A stretch of DNA of 51,760 nt from a virus. Its lineage: Duplodnaviria; Caudoviricetes. The DNA lies in the IMG/VR virus record IMGVR_UViG_3300007074_000016, positions 1-51,760 of that record. One strand, written 5' to 3'. The notes below the pieces were generated by a model. It was given only the letters and a program-made list of their open reading frames with translations. It ran no database searches and had not been told where the DNA came from. Below, piece after piece: positions 46,147 through 51,760 of the stretch (position 1 is its first letter; every line of letters starts with the position of its first letter). The translations under genes and the position numbers were made by a program.

Positions 46147-46180
46147 AATAAAAGTCAAGCAAACAATTTTAAAAATATTC

Positions 46181-46209
46181 TTGATCTTTAAATGGTATCT
46201 GTTTAGATT
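46181..46209 (+). promoter_or_regulatory. Sigma70-type promoter
   Basis: TTGATC-17 nt-TAGATT. Confidence 0.55.
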
Positions 46210-46247
46210 AGCTCTTACCCAAAAAAATTAGAATTAGGAGATTTAAC

Positions 46248-46418
46248 ATGGAAATGTCAATGAAAGACGTATTAAAAGCTGTTGCTAATTTAGCAGATAA
46301 AGTAGGAAGATATCACGAAAGACTACTGGTTATTGAAAGAGAAAAAGAACGTTTAGAAAAAGATTTTCAAGAGCACTTATCGGGTTGTAAGTGTAAAGAT
46401 TCTAATACCGATAAATAA
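46248..46418 (+). CDS. 56 aa coiled-coil protein ending in H..GCKC
   Basis: AGGAG RBS; MEMSMKDVLKAVANLADKVGRYHERLL...HLSGCKCKDSNTDK. Confidence 0.75.
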   Translation: MEMSMKDVLKAVANLADKVGRYHERLLVIEREKERLEKDFQEHLSGCKCKDSNTDK

Positions 46419-46419
46419 A

Positions 46420-46671
46420 TTATTCGTCTTCGTTTTTACCAAAAACATCAGGTAGTTTAACTACTTTAAGTAATACATTTGTTTGAATATCTTCTTTTAT
46501 AGTAGGGGTGTTTGGATCTGCTACATCATTATCAGCGTGTAGCTCTGAGTCATATTCAATTCCTGTTTTTAAGTTTTTTACTTCCATATGTACTTCAGGA
46601 TTAATAATAGGAACCTGTTCCCCGTTAATTGTTTCATATCCTACAATCTTGCTTTCTTGTACTTTTTTCAT
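46420..46671 (-). CDS. Hypothetical protein
   Basis: 83 aa, GGAG RBS. Confidence 0.7.
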   Translation of the reverse strand: MKKVQESKIVGYETINGEQVPIINPEVHMEVKNLKTGIEYDSELHADNDVADPNTPTIKEDIQTNVLLKVVKLPDVFGKNEDE

Positions 46672-46672
46672 T

Positions 46673-47017
46673 TTATGTTATCTCCATTAAACTTATTAAA
46701 ATAGTTGTGCTACTACCGGTAATATCTATCTTATCTTCTTGTTCTAATACAATAGGTTGAGTTAAAATCTCCTGTTCCGTTTCTGCAGCAAGAGAACCTA
46801 AAAATAAATTAATTGATAAATTTGTATTACTAGCATCAACCATCACTACTTTTGTAGTAATAGCAGATCCAGTAGGATTAGAAATTCTTATACTTTTAAC
46901 TAAAGCGGTAGTGGGTAAAACAGGAGGAACTGCACCTGAATCAGCCGTAGGTACTGTATAAACAGAAACAAGCGATCCCGTACCTGTTTTAGAAAAACTT
47001 CTAAAGAAATCAGCCAA
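46673..47017 (-). CDS. Small virion structural protein
   Basis: Probable TTG start (ADFFRSF); similar to 541..870. Confidence 0.6.
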   Translation of the reverse strand: MADFFRSFSKTGTGSLVSVYTVPTADSGAVPPVLPTTALVKSIRISNPTGSAITTKVVMVDASNTNLSINLFLGSLAAETEQEILTQPIVLEQEDKIDITGSSTTILISLMEIT

Positions 47018-47177
47018 GAAACCACGTCCTTGCTGTTGTTTCGTCTTTAATTTCTTCTTGAAAACCAAAGTTTAATTGTTGTGTTATTTGTTCTAATAAA
47101 CGAATTAAAATATCAAATTGTAGTGCTTGGTATTCAGGGGTTGCTTGAGGAAATCTAGTTGTTGTTATTTTAGCCAT
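47010..47177 (-). CDS. 55 aa protein coupled to the tail nozzle gene
   Basis: MAKITTTRFPQATPEYQALQFDILIRLLEQ...TARTWFLG; GGAGG RBS. Confidence 0.75.
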   Translation of the reverse strand: MAKITTTRFPQATPEYQALQFDILIRLLEQITQQLNFGFQEEIKDETTARTWFLG

Positions 47178-49033
47178 TATCTACCTCCATCGGGTTGCAC
47201 ATCTAATCGTAAAGTTCCGTATCTCCAATTGTCTCCTGCTTGATCACTTTCAACACGAATATTTGCTTGTCTACCTCTTCCACGTAAATCAAATTTTTCT
47301 GTTGTGGGTAAAATAGTTTGTAATGAAGTGGCAGAAGTAGTGGAACTTGGATAAGATTTAAAAGTTAGTTTCATGTCTACAGAACCAGTTAAGTTCTTAA
47401 AGTTTGGAATACCCCTTCCTATATGTAAAAAAGGTTGACCGTCTGCAATATCAAAATCTCCTGATTCAATAAAAGCAAAAATTCCGTTAACATTATCATC
47501 TGTCCCTGTTTCTTGTTGAAATAAACTACTAGCTCCTGGTGTAACACCTAAAGCCGCTGGAGTTGTTCCAGTAGCAGAAGTTACGTAATCAGTAGCATAA
47601 GGTTTACTATATACACCATAATCCTGCCAAGTAGTTCTAGCTAAACTTCCCGTGGACCAACAATTTTCTAAATAATTGTAAGTAACAAATCTATCTATTT
47701 GCACAGCATTATTTGATGTATAGAACCAAGTAACTTCGTTAAATTCTGAATTAACCGCTGCAAAAGTTTCAGGTTGATTTGTAATACTAAAATCTTCAAA
47801 GACATAGTCTTGAACCGAACAAGGCATTTTTGAAATAGCACCATCAAACTTATAAAAAGAATTTTGTGACATCCAAAAAGCAGTTCCATTAACATCTACA
47901 GCACAGTGTAGTGATACTGCTCCACAGTTTGCTCCAATTTGAGTTAAGTTAAATGTAAAAGGAGCTCCTACAAATTGTAGTGCATTTAAAGAAGTATCTG
48001 TCCAAACTAAAACAGAGTTACGTGAACGCACAGCTGTAACAATTTTAGATCCATCTTGGATACGAAAAGAACCTGCACTATTAGCGGCACTAGGAACCCA
48101 GTCAGTAAAACTTTCTTGAGAAGAGAATCTTAAAAATAAATCATCCTGGCTTGAACCTGAACCAATTAATGTTTCAGTTCCAAATAAAAATGTATGTCGA
48201 TCAGGCATAGAAACTAAATTAAATCTTGAAACTGCAGGTGCAGTTGAAACAACAGCTGCGGCTGTTCCAGTTCCAGCAGAAGTGTCCCATCTAAAAGTCT
48301 TACCATTATTTACTGTTGCTAATAAATCTTCACCAAAATTATCAAAAGACCAGTTTCTGCCTTCTATGGTAACATTTGAACTTGATCTTGGTGTACCCCA
48401 GGCTTCTTTACCCCATTGATAAGTACCCCAACCATAACCATATTGAGACACTGCTGTACCTACAGCAATTTGATATACTGCCGTAACGTTACCACCAACT
48501 GATCCTGTAGCACTAGCCAGGGTAAGTGTCCCTGAAGAATTTTTGTAGGTAACAGTATAACTATTGTTATTTATAACAGTAGTTACTTCAAATTCTGCGT
48601 TCATTTCTAAATTGTTAACAACGTTAGTTGCTGATCCATTAGAAAATTTCACAAAATCCCCTACAGTAGCACCGTGACCATTATCTGTTACAGTAACTGT
48701 AGCACTATTGTTTACGGTTGCAAAAGGATTGGTTAAAGCTCCACTTGTTCTTCGAACAGGAGTCACATCATAAGCTAAACCTTCTGTGTACACATAAAGT
48801 TTTCTATCTGTTCCGATGGCCGTGTATCTAACTCCATCTAGGGAAGTCCATGCATGCATATCTCTTGCTACACCTATAAGAGTGTCGTTAATTAAATAAA
48901 TCCAACCACCTATTTTTTCTGGTAAACCGTATCTAAATCTTACAAAATCAGAATCAGTCCAACGACCTGCTGCTCCATATTCTGTATCTTGTTTGTCAAT
49001 TCCTGGTGCAAATGATATTTTTGTTAATGGCAT
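47177..49033 (-). CDS. Tail nozzle / packaged-DNA stabilisation protein (P22 gp10-like)
   Basis: 618 aa, beta-propeller-like Trp-rich pattern, position before the ejection genes. Confidence 0.65.
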   Translation of the reverse strand: MPLTKISFAPGIDKQDTEYGAAGRWTDSDFVRFRYGLPEKIGGWIYLINDTLIGVARDMHAWTSLDGVRYTAIGTDRKLYVYTEGLAYDVTPVRRTSGALTNPFATVNNSATVTVTDNGHGATVGDFVKFSNGSATNVVNNLEMNAEFEVTTVINNNSYTVTYKNSSGTLTLASATGSVGGNVTAVYQIAVGTAVSQYGYGWGTYQWGKEAWGTPRSSSNVTIEGRNWSFDNFGEDLLATVNNGKTFRWDTSAGTGTAAAVVSTAPAVSRFNLVSMPDRHTFLFGTETLIGSGSSQDDLFLRFSSQESFTDWVPSAANSAGSFRIQDGSKIVTAVRSRNSVLVWTDTSLNALQFVGAPFTFNLTQIGANCGAVSLHCAVDVNGTAFWMSQNSFYKFDGAISKMPCSVQDYVFEDFSITNQPETFAAVNSEFNEVTWFYTSNNAVQIDRFVTYNYLENCWSTGSLARTTWQDYGVYSKPYATDYVTSATGTTPAALGVTPGASSLFQQETGTDDNVNGIFAFIESGDFDIADGQPFLHIGRGIPNFKNLTGSVDMKLTFKSYPSSTTSATSLQTILPTTEKFDLRGRGRQANIRVESDQAGDNWRYGTLRLDVQPDGGR

Positions 49034-49956
49034 TAAGTTGTCCTCAAAAATCTATAATTAACTTCACCAGCTCCACCTACAGATCCTGATGTTCCAGATC
49101 CATAATTTTCTGCACCACCTCCGGCTCCACCACCACCTCTAGTTCCTGCTGTTGCGGCTGTATTAACAAGTCCACCTACTCCAGCTGTTCCAGCTAATCC
49201 ATTATAAGAAGCTGCTCCTACGCTACCATTAATTTGACAGTTATCGCCACCACAGTTTCCGTTGTTACCACCTGTAACTCCTGATCCATTAGAATTAAAA
49301 GTTCCAATAGGGCCTGAAGAAAAAGATGAGTCTGATTGAGTAAGTCCGTCTACGGTAGTAAAACTTGTTAAAGGGGTTGCTGTAATAGTTGCTGAACCAC
49401 CTGTTCCTGCTGTGTTAGATCTCAAAGGTCCTTGCACACCACCACCTGATACAGAAGATGGACCGCCACCCGCTAATGAGAAAAAATCACCTGTTGTAGA
49501 TCCTGATATAACTGTTGCTACTCCAGCTCCCGCTGTTCCGCTATAACTCCCTGTTCCAGCACTTCCTCCATTACCTGTTGTAATTGTTAAATTTTCACCA
49601 CCAGTAACAGAAAATACTACATCCGAAACATAAGCTCCTGAGCCACCACCAGGTCCTGATGATTCACCACCCGCTTTATCGTAAGCAGTACCAACATAAC
49701 CACCACCACCCGATCCTACACCATATTGAATATGAATAGCGTTAGCATTAGCTGGAACAGCTAATGTTCCTGTTGTTGTTTGAAAAGCTGTAGTATCAAA
49801 TAAAGTAAAAGCTGTACGCCATGTACCACCATCTTTAATATAAACATTATTTATTGTTTTATTTGTAAATGAAGTTCCGTCTTGCACATAAACTTGTGCT
49901 CCTGCTTCTGAGCTTATTTCTCTCCATGTACCACTGTCTTTAACATAAATTGCCAT
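49033..49956 (-). CDS. Glycine-rich tail protein
   Basis: YVKDSGTWR/YIKDGGTWR repeat and GGGGAGGG-rich domain. Confidence 0.7.
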   Translation of the reverse strand: MAIYVKDSGTWREISSEAGAQVYVQDGTSFTNKTINNVYIKDGGTWRTAFTLFDTTAFQTTTGTLAVPANANAIHIQYGVGSGGGGYVGTAYDKAGGESSGPGGGSGAYVSDVVFSVTGGENLTITTGNGGSAGTGSYSGTAGAGVATVISGSTTGDFFSLAGGGPSSVSGGGVQGPLRSNTAGTGGSATITATPLTSFTTVDGLTQSDSSFSSGPIGTFNSNGSGVTGGNNGNCGGDNCQINGSVGAASYNGLAGTAGVGGLVNTAATAGTRGGGGAGGGAENYGSGTSGSVGGAGEVNYRFLRTT

Positions 49957-49962
49957 GCATTT

Positions 49963-50214
49963 TTAACTGTACTTATACCAGATGTCTCCATCAGATCCAC
50001 CACTAGGTGCTGAGGTACTTATTGTTCTTGTTCCGTTAGCGTTTGTTCCTGCTGTTGCAGAAATAAAAGCTTGGACATCACTACCAATAGCTAATCCTAA
50101 ATTAGTTCTACTTGTTCCAGCATCAGCTACATCACTTAGATTGTTTGCTGTTTCTACAACACCCGTTAACTGAGTACCTGAAAAATTATATTTTAATTGT
50201 TGATATGTTGCCAT
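49963..50214 (-). CDS. Small tail protein
   Basis: NNLSDV....SRTNLGL and PSGGSDGDIW fibre motifs. Confidence 0.7.
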   Translation of the reverse strand: MATYQQLKYNFSGTQLTGVVETANNLSDVADAGTSRTNLGLAIGSDVQAFISATAGTNANGTRTISTSAPSGGSDGDIWYKYS

Positions 50215-50215
50215 C

Positions 50216-50935
50216 TTATTTCTCCATTAGTTTCCAACCATAGGTGCTACCTGAATAAACTAATGCAAAACTCGCTCCTTCGGTTGCTACTGTAAGATTT
50301 TGCACTGAACCATCAATTTTTAAACTGTTAGAGTCAACAGTTAAATTGTTATTATCAAAAGAATTTGCTACGTCTAAAAATCTAACTTCATCTCCTACAG
50401 TTGGGGATGCTGGTAGAGTTACGGTTACGGGTGCACTTGCTGTATTAATAAATAACTTATCACCTGGAAAAGCAGTTCGGGCAGAAGTAATTGTTGTCCA
50501 AGTTCCGCCTGTTGTTTCTAGATTAAACCAGTTTGTCCCGTCTGTTGCTAAAAAAGCTGTTGTGTCTGGTTGAATTGTAAATGTATTTCCTGAAGAACCT
50601 AGTCTACAAGTAATTGTGTATGTGGTATTTGAATTTTTTAAAAAATAAGTTTTTTGAGCTGAAATACCTGAAGCAAATTGAACAATAAAATTGGAACCTT
50701 GTCCTGAAAATATAATCGCTGCTTGTCTATTTTCATTACCTGATTGAGCTTGTGGGCCGTTTGCAATAGTAAGGGTATATGGAGAACTAGCTGCTGATAA
50801 GTTTTTAGAATAAACACCGGCTATTGATTGTTCAATTGATTGAGCAAAATTGTTGTTTGTCGTGGTTCCCCAAGCATTAGCCTGGTCGCCTACTCCTATT
50901 AATTCTATTTGTAATCTATCTGAATATGTTGACAT
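50216..50935 (-). CDS. Tail fibre / baseplate-like protein
   Basis: WGTTTN.N N-term; TVTLPASPTVGDEVRFLD...LVY....GW C-term domain. Confidence 0.7.
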   Translation of the reverse strand: MSTYSDRLQIELIGVGDQANAWGTTTNNNFAQSIEQSIAGVYSKNLSAASSPYTLTIANGPQAQSGNENRQAAIIFSGQGSNFIVQFASGISAQKTYFLKNSNTTYTITCRLGSSGNTFTIQPDTTAFLATDGTNWFNLETTGGTWTTITSARTAFPGDKLFINTASAPVTVTLPASPTVGDEVRFLDVANSFDNNNLTVDSNSLKIDGSVQNLTVATEGASFALVYSGSTYGWKLMEK

Positions 50936-50943
50936 TATTTACC

Positions 50944-51627
50944 TTATGCTGCATCTATCCATGTATTTGTAACAGAATCATCGACCTTAGTCCATGTATT
51001 TGTTGTACTGTCATCTACAAGTTGCCAAGCTGTAGTTGCCATTATACCTAAAGTTAACGACATTGGAAGTCCTTGTGGTATAACTACACTAGATGTAAGA
51101 ATAACAGGGGTACCTAAACCACTAGAAATAGTATTACCTAAAGGTAATACGTTTGCTCCCGCTGTTACAATTTCAGCCCCTAGAGTTAATGTTAATGGTA
51201 ATCCTGTAACTACGACTGTAGGATTTTGGATAGCCTCTACTACGACTGTTCCTGTTTCTGATTCAAGCTCTTGCCCTGCTACAATTGCTACTTTACTTAC
51301 ATTTACAGTAGATGTTCCGTTAACCACGGTCATTGGTTGACCTGTTACTTCAACAAAAGCCGACCCTGAAACTACCGCAGTTCCTAATACAAAATCCATA
51401 TCAGGTTCTTCAGATGCATCAATAGATACCTGACCTCCTGCTGTTACAGCAAAAGTTCCTATTGTAGCATTTAGATCTTCACCCGTTACTTGGATAGCAT
51501 TAGGTTGGCTTTTAATACTAACAGTTCCAACAGAACTAGATACTTGTTGACCGACAACTAAAATTTCAGCGGTATCTACATCACTTGAAAAAGGGGAGGC
51601 AGCAAAAGCATTAAAACCAAATAACAT
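50944..51627 (-). CDS. Virion structural protein (Val/Thr/Gly repeats)
   Basis: Recurring V.G......GT motif; C-term W..VDDS twice. Confidence 0.65.
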   Translation of the reverse strand: MLFGFNAFAASPFSSDVDTAEILVVGQQVSSSVGTVSIKSQPNAIQVTGEDLNATIGTFAVTAGGQVSIDASEEPDMDFVLGTAVVSGSAFVEVTGQPMTVVNGTSTVNVSKVAIVAGQELESETGTVVVEAIQNPTVVVTGLPLTLTLGAEIVTAGANVLPLGNTISSGLGTPVILTSSVVIPQGLPMSLTLGIMATTAWQLVDDSTTNTWTKVDDSVTNTWIDAA

Positions 51628-51640
51628 GTATGGCTATCCT

Positions 51641-51760
51641 TTAAGCAAGACTCCCACTTGAAGTAAATAAATGATAAGTATATCCACCTACTTCTGTAAT
51701 AGTACCACCTGTAAAAACTGTACTACCAGAGTATCTAAATATTACAGCACCACCAGCACC
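51641..51760 (-). CDS. C-terminus of a Gly-rich tail protein (partial)
   Basis: ...GAGGAVIFRYSGSTVFTGGTITEVGGYTYHLFTSSGSLA*. Confidence 0.7.
   Translation of the reverse strand, partial: GAGGAVIFRYSGSTVFTGGTITEVGGYTYHLFTSSGSLA

Noticed and set aside
47010-47068. Programmed frameshift joining the 55 aa ORF to 46673..47068
   Set aside because: It would need a +1 shift with no convincing slippery site; a TTG start at 47017 explains the overlap.
5553-50573. Antisense or nested track ORFs (e.g. 8377..8739, 20703..21161, 24507..24701, 34512..34856, 44826..45116, 45134..45406)
   Set aside because: They overlap well-supported genes or repeats, lack an RBS, and have composition typical of shadow ORFs.
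1-51760. tRNA genes, integrase/att sites, RNA polymerase, introns or inteins
   Set aside because: None recognised by eye. PolA, TerL and the helicases are of normal length. tRNAscan-SE and HMM searches are needed to exclude them formally.

Overview
AT-rich, near-complete genome of a tailed dsDNA phage, probably podovirus-like. Both window ends fall inside tail-fibre or Gly-rich genes, so the missing part is likely more tail genes. Almost all genes are on the minus strand. Modules: neck/tail genes (1-4.3 kb, 46.4-51.8 kb); a secreted/membrane three-gene cassette (5.2-7.5 kb); capsid, scaffold and GroES (7.6-11.6 kb); lysozyme, holin and tiny basic proteins (11.7-13.9 kb); portal, two large accessory proteins and TerL (13.9-22.1 kb); a promoter- and repeat-rich block of small genes separating TerL from TerS (22.1-28.6 kb); replication genes (PolA with Leu762, SF1 helicase, AEP primase, putative SSB, plus-strand SNF2 helicase; 28.6-37.1 kb); putative ejection proteins (37.3-45.1 kb); and a plus-strand island with a 2OG-Fe(II) oxygenase. 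From recalled gene content, not a search, it resembles HTVC023P-type / vSAG 37-F6-like marine pelagiphages. I recognised no integrase, RNA polymerase, tRNA or CRISPR array. Most interesting unexplained signals: (1) a ~80-90 bp three-box repeat in about 7 copies, four of them tandem and running into a PD-(D/E)xK nuclease gene; (2) five sigma70 promoters sharing a TCCCAY box, plus an unannotated ribbon-helix-helix gene; (3) a four-hairpin, G-U-rich candidate RNA; (4) an x-x-GG motif shared by many unrelated proteins and tied to a lambda gpH-C-terminus-like domain. All protein family calls come from visual motif recognition.
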